Source: Donghicola sp. (GTDB taxonomy: Bacteria > Pseudomonadota > Alphaproteobacteria > Rhodobacterales > Rhodobacteraceae). From it: a stretch of 49,044 bases of DNA. Numbering within the stretch: the first letter of the stretch is position 1; every line of letters starts with the position of its first letter. The notes under the pieces are model-generated. The model did not search any database. It saw nothing but the letters and a program-made list of their open reading frames with translations, and was not told the origin of the DNA. The stretch is taken from the NCBI GenBank assembly GCA_964224285.1, contig CAXQKF010000339.1:1-49044 (forward strand), read 5' to 3'. Both the position numbers and the translations under genes were made by a program. Shown here in pieces: positions 16,998 through 26,563 of the stretch.

Positions 16998-18282
16998 TGG
17001 AATTCTGACGTTGATGGCGACGCCGCGGGATGCATTGCCCGAGGCAGCAATGATGAAAGCGCGTCTGTCTTTGCTGGACTGGATGGTCTGCGGGATCGCG
17101 GGCAAGGACGAGCCACTAGCCCGGAAACTGCGCCAGTTTGCCGAAGACGAAGGGGGGACTGCGGTGGCCTCTGTCATCGGCGGGGCAAAGGCGCCGGCAC
17201 GTATGGCGGCTCTGGTCAACGGTGCCACAAGTCACGCGCTGGACTATGACGACACCCATTTTGCCCATGTGGGGCATCTGTCGGTCGGGATATATCCTGC
17301 CGCGATGGCGGTAGCAGAGGAAACCGGCGCTTTGGCGGCCGAAATGGTCGAGGCATTTCTGGTCGGAGCCGAGGCTGCTGTGCGGATCGGCGTGGTTCTG
17401 GGGGCGGCACATTACAACAAGGGCTTTCACCAGACGGCCACGGCCGGAGCATTTGGTGCGACGGTCGCGGCGGCACGGCTCTATGGGCTCGATCCGGCCC
17501 AATCCCGCGCGGCGCTCGGGCTTTGTGCGACCCGCGCTTCGGGCTTGAAAAGCCAGTTCGGAACGATGGGCAAGCCGTATAACGCCGGGATCGCGGCCAG
17601 CAACGGGGTCGAATGCGCCCGCTTGGCGCGCTTGGGATTTACTTCGGCGGATGATGGGCTGTTCGATCCGCAAGGCTTTGTGCCGACACACAGCGATGAC
17701 ACGGGCACACTGCCCGACCAGAGCAGATCCCTGTTCGAGGACAACAAGTACAAATTCCACGCCTGCTGTCACGGCACCCACGCAATGATCGAGGGATTGC
17801 AGGAGATCCGGCGTCTGGTCGGCGGGATTGGCAATGTCCAGGCCGTGACCCTTCGCACCAGTCCCCGCTGGCTGAAGGTTTGCGACAAGAAAACCCCGAG
17901 AACCGGTTTGGAAGTGAAGTTCAGCTACGTGTGGCTTGCCGGTATGGCGTTGCGCGGCGATGCCACTGGCGATGAACGCATCTACACTGATGGCTTGGCC
18001 GCGGATCCCGAACTGGCGCAATGTGCAGAAACCGTCACGGTCATCGGTGACGCGTCCCTGAATGACCTACAGGCAAAGGGCTCTGTGACACTGCGGGACG
18101 GGCGCGAAGTGGCATTTGCCTTTGACCTTGATGCACCGCTCAGTGCCGAACTGCTGAAAGAAAAGCTGACCACCAAGGCACAGGCGGCCATCGGGGACCA
18201 AGGGCTTCGGATCGCAGAGATGATCGAGACCATTGAAACAGCGCCAGCCTCTGATTTCGGCGCTGTGCTGCGGGCACAGTAA
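16984..18282 (+). CDS. MmgE/PrpD family protein (epimerase/isomerase type)
   Basis: NGATSHALDYDDTH, GHLSVGIYPA, HYNKGFHQT, QFGTMGKP, KFHACCHGTH, GLEVKFS. Confidence 0.9.
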   Translation: MSLIDGILTLMATPRDALPEAAMMKARLSLLDWMVCGIAGKDEPLARKLRQFAEDEGGTAVASVIGGAKAPARMAALVNGATSHALDYDDTHFAHVGHLSVGIYPAAMAVAEETGALAAEMVEAFLVGAEAAVRIGVVLGAAHYNKGFHQTATAGAFGATVAAARLYGLDPAQSRAALGLCATRASGLKSQFGTMGKPYNAGIAASNGVECARLARLGFTSADDGLFDPQGFVPTHSDDTGTLPDQSRSLFEDNKYKFHACCHGTHAMIEGLQEIRRLVGGIGNVQAVTLRTSPRWLKVCDKKTPRTGLEVKFSYVWLAGMALRGDATGDERIYTDGLAADPELAQCAETVTVIGDASLNDLQAKGSVTLRDGREVAFAFDLDAPLSAELLKEKLTTKAQAAIGDQGLRIAEMIETIETAPASDFGAVLRAQ

Positions 18283-18288
18283 AAGTCG

Positions 18289-18317
18289 ACCTCGGCCAGA
18301 GCGTTTCTGGCCGAGGT
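18289..18317. terminator. Bidirectional terminator
   Basis: Perfect 12-bp stem ACCTCGGCCAGA/TCTGGCCGAGGT between convergent genes, with A- and T-runs nearby. Confidence 0.75.
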
Positions 18318-18324
18318 ATGATTT

Positions 18325-19269
18325 TTAACGGATTGCGATCGGGTTGATCATCATTTGGACGGCACCTTTCAGGCGCGTGACCCCGAGAACGAACATGAAC
18401 TCATGGACCCCGTCCGCGGCCAACGCTCTGCTGTCCATGTTTTCCAGAATGTAGATACCGTTCTGGGGGATCAGGATCTGGTGGACTTTGAAGACGCCGT
18501 TTTCAGGATCTTCAAAGGGAACGGCCTCTACGCCCCAGGTATCGGCACCGACCGCAACGACACCGATTTCAGCCAGATATTCGGCCCCGCTCAGGCCAAC
18601 ACCCGGCTCGACGCTCCCATAGCGGTCGGGATTTGCGCTGTCTCCCTCTAGCAGTTCCAGCCAACCGGAGTGAAAAAGCACGACATCGCCTTGGCGTATC
18701 TCGACACCCTGTTGTTCGGCAGCCGCCATGATGTCCTCGCGGGTATAGGCGGTTCCTTCGGTCACGATGTCCTGCCCGTAGAACTTTGCCATATCCAGCA
18801 TGACGCCGCGGGTCACGATCGGGGGCACGGTCTCCATGCCCATCTTTGTCAGGCCGTCAGCTTTGACAAAGTCTTCATACTGATTGCCGTTGTAATAGGT
18901 GTGATCAATGCCGATGTGGCCCAAGCCATCAATCTGGGGCCCGATCCCCAACCAGCCCATAAAGATATCGTCGTTGTAGGTCATATGGTTATGACCCAGG
19001 CCCTGCGTCCCGATCTGGTTAGGCTGCAGGATCGTCAGGCTCATCGAGCGGGGGGCGAATGCGGGCACGTCCCTGTCGACGACAATCCCGAGGGGATATG
19101 TCTTGCCTTCGGTCACAAGCTGCGTCGCGGCCAGAACGCTCTGGGGTGTGATCAGGTTCGCTGCGCCGATCTGGTCATCTGGCCCCCAAGGCGATTGGGT
19201 CCAGTCCTGCGCAATCGCTGGCGCCGCCAAGAGCGTAGTGGCAGCAATCGAAATAAGTGTTCTGTACAT
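18325..19269 (-). CDS. Secreted cyclase-family (kynurenine formamidase/isatin hydrolase fold) metallohydrolase
   Basis: Sec signal ending AIA-QDW; WGPDDQIGAAN, GPQIDGLGH, RGVMLD, GDVVLFHSGW, EPG, VGADTWGVE, VHQILI, GIYILEN. Confidence 0.88.
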   Translation of the reverse strand: MYRTLISIAATTLLAAPAIAQDWTQSPWGPDDQIGAANLITPQSVLAATQLVTEGKTYPLGIVVDRDVPAFAPRSMSLTILQPNQIGTQGLGHNHMTYNDDIFMGWLGIGPQIDGLGHIGIDHTYYNGNQYEDFVKADGLTKMGMETVPPIVTRGVMLDMAKFYGQDIVTEGTAYTREDIMAAAEQQGVEIRQGDVVLFHSGWLELLEGDSANPDRYGSVEPGVGLSGAEYLAEIGVVAVGADTWGVEAVPFEDPENGVFKVHQILIPQNGIYILENMDSRALAADGVHEFMFVLGVTRLKGAVQMMINPIAIR

Positions 19270-19387
19270 TCTTTCCTCCCGAATTCCGGCCGCAAAAAGC
19301 CGTCCCGCAGCGGGCCGGATCGCTGCGGGTGGATCGTTGAAGTTGGGATTGAAAGGCGCTGCGCCTCCTACGCAGGGGCCTGTTCGA

Positions 19388-20869
19388 TCAGCGCATCACA
19401 AAGGGATTTGCGGGGAATTCTTCTGCCGTGTTGATCCATACAGATTTGGTTTCCAAAAACGCGTGGATTGCTTCGATGCCGTTCTCGCGGCCTGTGCCGG
19501 ATTTTTTCATACCGCCGAAGGGCATCATGTAGCTGATCGCCCGATAGGTGTTGACCCAGACAGTCCCCGCCTTGAGAGCGTCGGACATTCGAACCGCGCG
19601 GCCGATGTCGCGTGTCCAGACCCCCGCGGCCAAGCCGTAAATAACGTCGTTGCCGATCCGGATCGCGTCTTCTTCTTCGTCGAAGCCGATGATGGACAGC
19701 ACGGGGCCAAAGACCTCTTCCTGTGCGATCCGCATGTGATTGGTGACGTTGTCAAAGATGGTCGGTTCGACAAACTGGCGGCCTTTGATGCCGTCGCCGG
19801 TGGCCGGTTTTCCCCCATGGATCAGGGTCGCGCCGTCTGCTTTGCCAACCTCTATGTAGTCCAGAATCTTCTGGTACTGGGGCGGTGTCGTGACGGGTCC
19901 GATGTTGGTGTCTGCCGCCATGGGATCACCGATTTTTGCCGATCTGGCCAGTGCGGTCAGCTTTGCCACAAAGGCATCCTTGACCGAGTTCTGAACCAGC
20001 AGCCGCGAGCCTGCGATGCAGGTCTGCCCAGTGGCAGCGAAAATCCCCGAGATCGCACCCGATGCCGCCGCATCCAGATTGGCATCAGCAAAGACAATGT
20101 TGGGGGATTTGCCCCCGAGCTCCATCGAGACGCGTTTCATCTGCTTAGCGGCGGCTGCATAGATATGCGCACCTGTCACGTCCGATCCGGTAAACGAGAC
20201 CTTTGCCACGTCGGGGTGGTCCACGAGCGCAGCGCCGGTTTCGCTTCCGAGGCCGGTCACAACATTAAAAACACCCGGCGGGAAGCCTGCCTCAATGGTC
20301 AGTGCCGCAAATTCCAGAGTCGAGGCCGAGGTGAATTCGGAAGGTTTGATCACGATCGAACATCCCGCAGCCAGAGCGGGCGCTGCCTTCCACGCGACGA
20401 ACATCAACGGCGAGTTCCAGGCGGTCAAAGCCGCGACAACCCCGACCGGTTCATGCTTGGTAAAGGCAAGGTGGTTCGGTTTGTCGATGGGCACCACTGC
20501 GCCTTGGATTTTGTCTGCCAGACCTGCGTAGTAGTACCAGCTTTCGGGTTGGTATTTCAGCTGGCCGGCCATTTCGGCCAGTAGCTTGCCATTGTCCCGC
20601 ACTTCGATCTCAGCCAGTCGCGGGCCGTGTTCAACCAGTAAATCCCCGAGTTTGCGCAGCAATTTACCGCGCTGGCTGGCTGACATTGAGGCAAATGGCC
20701 CAGTGGTCATCGCATCTTTGGCAGCGGTGACTGCGGCGTCTACATCTGCCGAAGAACCACGGGGGATTTCAGCCCATGCCTCGCCTGTGTAGGGGTTTTC
20801 GGTCGGGAACCAGTCGCCCTCTATGGGGTCCACAAAGGCGCCATTGATGAAATGCTGATATCTTTTCAT
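19388..20869 (-). CDS. NAD-dependent aldehyde dehydrogenase (DhaS-like)
   Basis: AWNSP, KPSE, FTGS, MELGGKSP, catalytic GQTCIAG, EEVFGP. Confidence 0.95.
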   Translation of the reverse strand: MKRYQHFINGAFVDPIEGDWFPTENPYTGEAWAEIPRGSSADVDAAVTAAKDAMTTGPFASMSASQRGKLLRKLGDLLVEHGPRLAEIEVRDNGKLLAEMAGQLKYQPESWYYYAGLADKIQGAVVPIDKPNHLAFTKHEPVGVVAALTAWNSPLMFVAWKAAPALAAGCSIVIKPSEFTSASTLEFAALTIEAGFPPGVFNVVTGLGSETGAALVDHPDVAKVSFTGSDVTGAHIYAAAAKQMKRVSMELGGKSPNIVFADANLDAAASGAISGIFAATGQTCIAGSRLLVQNSVKDAFVAKLTALARSAKIGDPMAADTNIGPVTTPPQYQKILDYIEVGKADGATLIHGGKPATGDGIKGRQFVEPTIFDNVTNHMRIAQEEVFGPVLSIIGFDEEEDAIRIGNDVIYGLAAGVWTRDIGRAVRMSDALKAGTVWVNTYRAISYMMPFGGMKKSGTGRENGIEAIHAFLETKSVWINTAEEFPANPFVMR

Positions 20870-20884
20870 GGGACGCTTCCTGAT

Positions 20885-22036
20885 TTAGCCCATCACGATG
20901 ACATGGCGGATGGTCCGGCCTTCGGCCAGCATATCGAACGCCTGATTGATCTCTTCGAGCGGGCCCGATGACGTCATTAGCCGGTCCACTGGCAACCGGC
21001 CCTGACGGTACAGCGCGATGTAGCGCGGGATGTCTCGTGACGGGACGCCGCCACCAAGATAGCTACCGCGAACGGTTCGTTCCTCGCCGACCAAGCGCAC
21101 CTGCTGGATCGAGACATTCACCGACGGGTTGGCGAGGCTTGCCGTGATTGTCTGCCCGCCGCGTCGGGCCACGTTGTAGGCGAAATCGAACGCGGGCCCG
21201 ACGCCAGCGGTCTCGATCGCCGCATGAACACCCCCTTGGGTGACGGCCCTAACCTGATCAACAGCATCCTTGTCTGCGGTGTTGACGGTCTGTGTGGCCC
21301 CGAGGGATTTCGCGAACTCCAGCTTGGTCGGGTCGATATCGCAGGCAATCACCTGTGCGGCCCCTGCGGCGAGCGCCCCGAGCACCGCCGACAGCCCCAC
21401 ACCGCCTAGTCCGACCACCGCCACCGTCTGGCCGGGGCGGACAGCCGCGGTGTTCACGGCGGCCCCCATGCCGGTCAGCACAGCGCAGCCGAACAGCGCT
21501 GCCTTGTCCAAGGGCAGTTCTTTGTCGATCTTCACCAAAGAACGTGCGGAAACGACCGCATATTCTCCGAATGCCGAAACGCCCACGTGGTGGTACACGT
21601 CGCCATCCGCAGTATGCATTCTGACCCCACCGGCCAGAAGCTCGCCCTTGTTGTTGGCCGCAGCGCCTGGTTCGCACAGGGCCGCGCGACCTTCGGCGCA
21701 GGGGGCGCAGTGTCCGCAAGAGGGGACAAACACCATGATGACATGATCCCCGACCTCCAGTCCGTCCACCCCCGGCCCGCATTCGACAACGACACCCGAG
21801 GCTTCGTGCCCCAGCGCCATCGGCGTCTGGCGCGGGCGATCACCGTTGATGACGGACAGGTCCGAATGGCATAGACCTGCCGCAGCGATCCTGACCAGAA
21901 CCTCGCCCGCTTGCGGCGCATCAAGTTGAACTGTCTCTAGCGACAGGGGCTTGGTCTCTGCATAGGGGCGTGAGACGGGACTGTTATGCAAGACAGCGCA
22001 GCGGCTGGTGCGCACTGCGATAGGTTGATCGGTCAT
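20885..22036 (-). CDS. Zn-dependent alcohol dehydrogenase (MDR family)
   Basis: GLCHSD, LGHEASG, structural CGHCAPC...LC, FGCAVLTG, GLGGVG; GGGAGG RBS. Confidence 0.95.
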   Translation of the reverse strand: MTDQPIAVRTSRCAVLHNSPVSRPYAETKPLSLETVQLDAPQAGEVLVRIAAAGLCHSDLSVINGDRPRQTPMALGHEASGVVVECGPGVDGLEVGDHVIMVFVPSCGHCAPCAEGRAALCEPGAAANNKGELLAGGVRMHTADGDVYHHVGVSAFGEYAVVSARSLVKIDKELPLDKAALFGCAVLTGMGAAVNTAAVRPGQTVAVVGLGGVGLSAVLGALAAGAAQVIACDIDPTKLEFAKSLGATQTVNTADKDAVDQVRAVTQGGVHAAIETAGVGPAFDFAYNVARRGGQTITASLANPSVNVSIQQVRLVGEERTVRGSYLGGGVPSRDIPRYIALYRQGRLPVDRLMTSSGPLEEINQAFDMLAEGRTIRHVIVMG

Positions 22037-22166
22037 TTATCCTCCCTTGCCCCGATCAGGGGCAGATATCCGGCGCTGCTCGGCTCTCCTCACCGAACGC
22101 GTCGTCTTGTATCAAAGGGTATCGGCGACACGTATGGCCAGCAAAATAGCTGTTTTAAATTAGGGA

Positions 22167-22182
22167 TATTGGACTAGCCTAT
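22167..22182. promoter_or_regulatory. LysR-type box in the divergent adh/ich promoter
   Basis: TATTGGACTAGCCTAT matches the island consensus TAT(T/A)G-N6-CCTAT. Confidence 0.65.
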
Positions 22183-22275
22183 TGCTGGGTGCTTGACCGC
22201 CACCATCGGCTATCGCTGAACCGGCCAAGGCGATATTGCCAAAGGGCGCTACAACAAAGAGAGGCCCCGAGGATC

Positions 22276-23112
22276 ATGACCGCACCTGTTCTGGAAGACT
22301 GGATTGGACGTTCTGAAACCGTCGAAGATACGCTTGACCTGCGGCCTGCTCGCCTGATGCAAAGCATCCTTCCGGCAGGGGCCCCGCTACAGACCGGTGA
22401 TGTTCTGCCGCCTCTGTGGAACTGGCTGTATTTTCATGAGCCGGCTGCTCTGGATCAGCTCGGGCGGGACGGACACCCGAAAAAGGGGGGATTTCTGCCT
22501 CCGGTTCCGTTGCCGCGTCGTATGTGGGCGGGCGGGCGCTTTGAGTTCATGGGTGATCTGAAGATTGGGGCACCCGCGACGAAACGTTCGGAAATCTTGA
22601 AAGTCGTGCCGAAAGAGGGCCGTACCGGTCCGCTCTGTTTTGTCACGGTCGAGCACCGCTATATGCAAAACGGAGAAACGCTGGTGCGCGAAGAGCACGA
22701 CATCGTATACCGCGAAGATCCGGCCCCCGGTCAGGCAAAGCCTGCGCCTGCGCAGCCGCCGGAAACCTATACTGACCGCGAAACCGTATCGCCCTCGCTT
22801 GTCATGCTGTTCCGCTATTCTGCGCTGACCTTCAACGGGCACAGAATTCACTATGATCGCGACTATAGCCGATCGGTTGAGGGCTACCCCGATCTGGTTT
22901 TTCATGGTCCTCTGACGGCGACATTCCTCGCTGATTTCTGTCGGCGCAAGTCAGAAGGCCGGATGAAGGCCTTTGACTACCGCGCGCTCAGCCCGCTGTT
23001 CGACACGGCAGACTTTGACATTTTCCTAAACCGATCCGAAGGTAGAACCGAAGCTTGGGCCTCAACGCCGGAGGGGCATCTGGCGATGAAAGCCGAGGCG
23101 ACATTCGATTAA
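22276..23112 (+). CDS. Double hot-dog MaoC-type dehydratase, itaconyl-CoA hydratase (Ich)/mesaconyl-C4-CoA hydratase-like
   Basis: DWIGRSE, LPPLWNWLYF, DGHPKKGGFLPP, RRMWAGG, LFRYSALTFNGHRIHYD, HGPL; ATG 22276 after GAGG. Confidence 0.9.
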   Translation: MTAPVLEDWIGRSETVEDTLDLRPARLMQSILPAGAPLQTGDVLPPLWNWLYFHEPAALDQLGRDGHPKKGGFLPPVPLPRRMWAGGRFEFMGDLKIGAPATKRSEILKVVPKEGRTGPLCFVTVEHRYMQNGETLVREEHDIVYREDPAPGQAKPAPAQPPETYTDRETVSPSLVMLFRYSALTFNGHRIHYDRDYSRSVEGYPDLVFHGPLTATFLADFCRRKSEGRMKAFDYRALSPLFDTADFDIFLNRSEGRTEAWASTPEGHLAMKAEATFD

Positions 23113-23138
23113 GTCACTGTTTTAAATTACCTTAATTC

Positions 23139-23170
23139 AAGCCGCGCTGGATGATCCGGCGCGGCTTTTT
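23139..23170 (+). terminator. Intrinsic terminator after the hydratase
   Basis: AAGCCGCGCTGG...CCGGCGCGGCTT followed by a T-run. Confidence 0.8.
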
Positions 23171-23184
23171 GTTTTCCGGAACAA

Positions 23185-23200
23185 TATTGCTGCATCCTAT
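23185..23200. promoter_or_regulatory. LysR-type box upstream of the ABC operon
   Basis: TATTGCTGCATCCTAT matches the island consensus. Confidence 0.65.
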
Positions 23201-23305
23201 ACCCTCTATAGATTGCCCGAACTTCTGAATTTCTGGTCGTCCGATACAGTCAGATTGATCCCCTGGAGGAGAGACTGGGGATGTTCGTCTGGGAGGACAC
23301 CAAAA

Positions 23306-24604
23306 ATGACATTCAAAACAACCTGCGCCGTTGCGGCGCTGGCCCTGTCGGGGACTGCGCTATTTGCAGCTGAAAAACCCGCTGAGCTGAAGATCGGCAT
23401 CACGACCTTTTTGTCTGGCCCTGCATCCGTCTTTGGAGAGCCGGGCAAAGCCGCAGCTGAAATGATGATCGCAGATATCAATGCGGCTGGCGGGATCGGC
23501 GGCGTTCCCCTGTCGGCCAGCTATATTGACGAAGGCGCCGGAGGCGAGGCCCTGCAATCCGAATACCGGCGTCTGGTCGAGCAAACAGGCGTCGATGCGA
23601 TGTTTGCGGCGATCTCGTCCGGCAACTGCACCAAATTGGCCCCGTTGGCCGAAGACCTGAAGATCATGAACATCCTGTGGGACTGCGGAACCCAGAGAAT
23701 TTTCGAAGAGAACGACTATGCGTACAATTTCCGTACCCAAGGAAACGCGACCGCCGAAATGATGGCCGCGGTTCTGTACACCGTGAAAAATATGCCCGAC
23801 CTCAAGACGATCGCAGTCGTCAATCAGGACTACGCCTGGGGCCGTGACAGTTGGGCGATCTTCTCTGCGGCGCTGAAACGCTTCCGGCCCGATGTTGAGG
23901 TGGTCGCAGAGTTTTTCCCCAAGTTTGGCGCGCCAGACTTCTCGACCGAGATTTCGCGACTGCAGGCGCTGCGTCCTGATGCGATCCTGTCCACGTCCTG
24001 GGGCGGCGATCTGGATACCTTTGTGCGGCAGGCTTCTCAGCGCGGGTTGACCAACACGTCGAAACTCATTCTGCCCCTTGGGGAAAGCTCGCTTGAGCGG
24101 TTGGGCAGCGCGTTGCCCGATGGGGTTATCATCGGGGGTCGCGGTGATCACTACTTCCTGCACCCTGATCCTGCGGACCCTGCTGCGTTCAAGGCCTTTG
24201 TCGACCGCTTCAAAGAAGAGACCGGATCCTATCCGATCTATCCCGTCTTTCACATGAGCCAGGCGCTGGCGGCGTTCAAAGGCGCCTACGAGAAAGCAAT
24301 CGCCGACAATGCGGGCGAGTGGCCTTCGGATGAACAGGTCATGGCGGCGATGGAAGGCCTGTCCTTTACGGGTCTCACCAGCGAGGTCACCTTGCGCGAG
24401 GACAAACAGGGCCTCGAAGATCAGTTGATCGGTATGACCACGCACATGGATGGCTATGACTTTGCCGTGCTGAACAACATCATGGTTTTTGATGCGGATG
24501 ACATCACGGCCCCCGTCGGGCTGATCTCTTCAGAGTGGATCGAAACGCTGACCCCTGACTTTGTCGAGGCCGCAGGCGTCAAAACCTATCTGTCCACCAA
24601 CTAA
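23306..24604 (+). CDS. Liv/HAAT-type ABC transporter substrate-binding protein (organic-acid type)
   Basis: Signal peptide; LKIGITTFLSGPASVFG, INAAGGIGG, DYAWGRDSW, PKFGAPDFSTEI; ATG 23306 after GGGAGGA. Confidence 0.9.
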   Translation: MTFKTTCAVAALALSGTALFAAEKPAELKIGITTFLSGPASVFGEPGKAAAEMMIADINAAGGIGGVPLSASYIDEGAGGEALQSEYRRLVEQTGVDAMFAAISSGNCTKLAPLAEDLKIMNILWDCGTQRIFEENDYAYNFRTQGNATAEMMAAVLYTVKNMPDLKTIAVVNQDYAWGRDSWAIFSAALKRFRPDVEVVAEFFPKFGAPDFSTEISRLQALRPDAILSTSWGGDLDTFVRQASQRGLTNTSKLILPLGESSLERLGSALPDGVIIGGRGDHYFLHPDPADPAAFKAFVDRFKEETGSYPIYPVFHMSQALAAFKGAYEKAIADNAGEWPSDEQVMAAMEGLSFTGLTSEVTLREDKQGLEDQLIGMTTHMDGYDFAVLNNIMVFDADDITAPVGLISSEWIETLTPDFVEAAGVKTYLSTN

Positions 24605-24675
24605 GCCGACAGTCAGAAACGGCCGCCCTTTGACGCGCGGCCGTTTCCTGTCTGCTTTTGCAGGAGACTTACCGA

Positions 24676-25581
24676 ATGTACGCGCAAATTCTAGCGTTGG
24701 CGCTGTTTGACGGGCTGTCCTATGCGGCCCTTGTTTTCATGGTCGCCGTCGGATTGACCCTGATCTTCGGGGTGCTGCGCGTGCTGAACGTGGCCCACGG
24801 ATCATTTTTCGCGATGGGGGCCTATACGACGGCCTCGGTCGGATCGGCGATCTTTGCCGCAGGTTTTGCACCTTGGCTCGCATTTCCGCTGATGGCGATT
24901 TCGGCGATCCTCATCGGGGTTCTGGTCGGCGGAACGGTCGAGAAACTGCTGCTTTCCCGAATTTACGAGATGGAAGACGTGCTGCAGATCCTTGTGACCT
25001 TTGCCGTCTTTATGATGCTCGAAGACGTTCAGAGACTGATTTGGGGTGTTCAGCCGCTGTTCGAAACGACCGCTGTGAACCTGTTGGGCACGATCAAGGT
25101 CTTTGGCATCGTCTATACCAAGTACCAGCTGATTTTCCTGCCTGCCGTCGCGGCGGTTGTGCTGATCGGGCTGCGATTGGGGCTGCGGCATACCCTGACC
25201 GGCCATCTGATCATGGCCGTGACAGAGGACCGCGAGGCCGCGATCTCGATCGGGATCGACGCGCAGAGGGTCTATCTGGTGACGTTTATCGTGGGGGCTT
25301 CACTGGCGGCCTTTGGCGGGGCGCTGGCCTCGGCGACGACCTCGGTCATTCCGGGGATGGGCGCGGACATGATTGTTCTGTCATTTGCCGTGGTTGCAAC
25401 CGCAGGGTTCGGCCAGATCGAAGGGGCTGCCATTGCGGCTATCCTGATCGGGCTAGGCCGCAGCTTTGCTGTCTACTTCTACCCCGAACTCGAGGTTCTG
25501 ATGCCCTATCTCATTATGTTTGTGGTGCTCTTGATCAAGCCAAACGGCCTGTTCGCGCCCGTCGAAGCGCGCAAGATTTAA
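24676..25581 (+). CDS. Liv-type ABC permease (LivH-like)
   Basis: AVGLTLIFGVLRVLNVAHG, EDREAAISIGID, KPNGLF; ATG 24676 after AGGAG. Confidence 0.9.
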   Translation: MYAQILALALFDGLSYAALVFMVAVGLTLIFGVLRVLNVAHGSFFAMGAYTTASVGSAIFAAGFAPWLAFPLMAISAILIGVLVGGTVEKLLLSRIYEMEDVLQILVTFAVFMMLEDVQRLIWGVQPLFETTAVNLLGTIKVFGIVYTKYQLIFLPAVAAVVLIGLRLGLRHTLTGHLIMAVTEDREAAISIGIDAQRVYLVTFIVGASLAAFGGALASATTSVIPGMGADMIVLSFAVVATAGFGQIEGAAIAAILIGLGRSFAVYFYPELEVLMPYLIMFVVLLIKPNGLFAPVEARKI

Positions 25582-25591
25582 GGGGCCAGTC

Positions 25592-26563
25592 ATGCGAAAT
25601 CTTGCTTTCTTCCTTGTGATCCTAGCCGTCGCGATTGCACCCTGGCTCATTCCGAATTCGCAGGTTCTGCTGACCATTGCCCTGTCCAAAGGGCTGGCCG
25701 TTCTCGGGGTGATCGTGCTGTTGCAAGCCGGTCAGGTGTCCTTTGGACATGCCCTGTTCTACGCGATCGCGGCCTACATCACTGCATTTCTCGGAAAATC
25801 CCTCGCGGGTGGAGAGCTGCTGCTGGCGATGATCCTCGGGACGCTCTGCGCAGGGCTTGTCGGGTTGATCGTCGGGCTTTTTGTTGTGCGATATCGCCAT
25901 ATTTTCTTCGGGATGCTGAACCTTGCGGTGTCGATGATCTTTTTCTCGGTTCTCGAGAAATTCTACCATCTGACCGGGGGCTCGGATGGACTGCGTGTCG
26001 AGAGACCCTCTGTCATAGGGATTTCGCTCGAGCGCGGGCCGTTCGAAGTCGTTCTGTTCTACACGGCTCTGGCCTGTGCAGTGGCCGCCATGATCCTCGT
26101 ACACCGGTTTCTCGGCTCGCCGATTGGCAACCACCTGCGGGCGATCAAGTCCAACGAAGTCCGGCTAGAGTATCTGGGGATATCGCCCCGACACGTTTTG
26201 CTGACGGGATATGTTGTTTCGGCGGCGTTGTGTGGCCTCGGCGGTTCCTTGATGGCAGTGACCCAAGGCGTGGTGACGCCGGAATACGCATGGTGGGTAC
26301 GGTCCGGCGAATTTGTTTTCATCGCGATCCTTGGCGGATCGGGATCGGTGGGCGGCGCGTTTGTCGGGGCGTTGGTCTACGAAGGTGTGCGCACCTATGC
26401 GGCCGCGTTTGCCTCTGATGTCTGGCAACTGATCCTCGGGAGCGTCCTGCTGATTGTCATTCTGTTCGCGCCAAAGGGTCTGATGGGCTTTGTGCGTCTG
26501 CCAAAGGCCAGCCAGCCCGATAACCCAACCCCGATGACAACCAAGGAGGTCACCAGCAAATGA
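25592..26563 (+). CDS. Liv-type ABC permease (LivM-like)
   Basis: GQVSFGHALF, LTGGSDGL, LRAIKSNEVRLEYLG, ILGGSG, FAPKGL. Confidence 0.9.
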   Translation: MRNLAFFLVILAVAIAPWLIPNSQVLLTIALSKGLAVLGVIVLLQAGQVSFGHALFYAIAAYITAFLGKSLAGGELLLAMILGTLCAGLVGLIVGLFVVRYRHIFFGMLNLAVSMIFFSVLEKFYHLTGGSDGLRVERPSVIGISLERGPFEVVLFYTALACAVAAMILVHRFLGSPIGNHLRAIKSNEVRLEYLGISPRHVLLTGYVVSAALCGLGGSLMAVTQGVVTPEYAWWVRSGEFVFIAILGGSGSVGGAFVGALVYEGVRTYAAAFASDVWQLILGSVLLIVILFAPKGLMGFVRLPKASQPDNPTPMTTKEVTSK

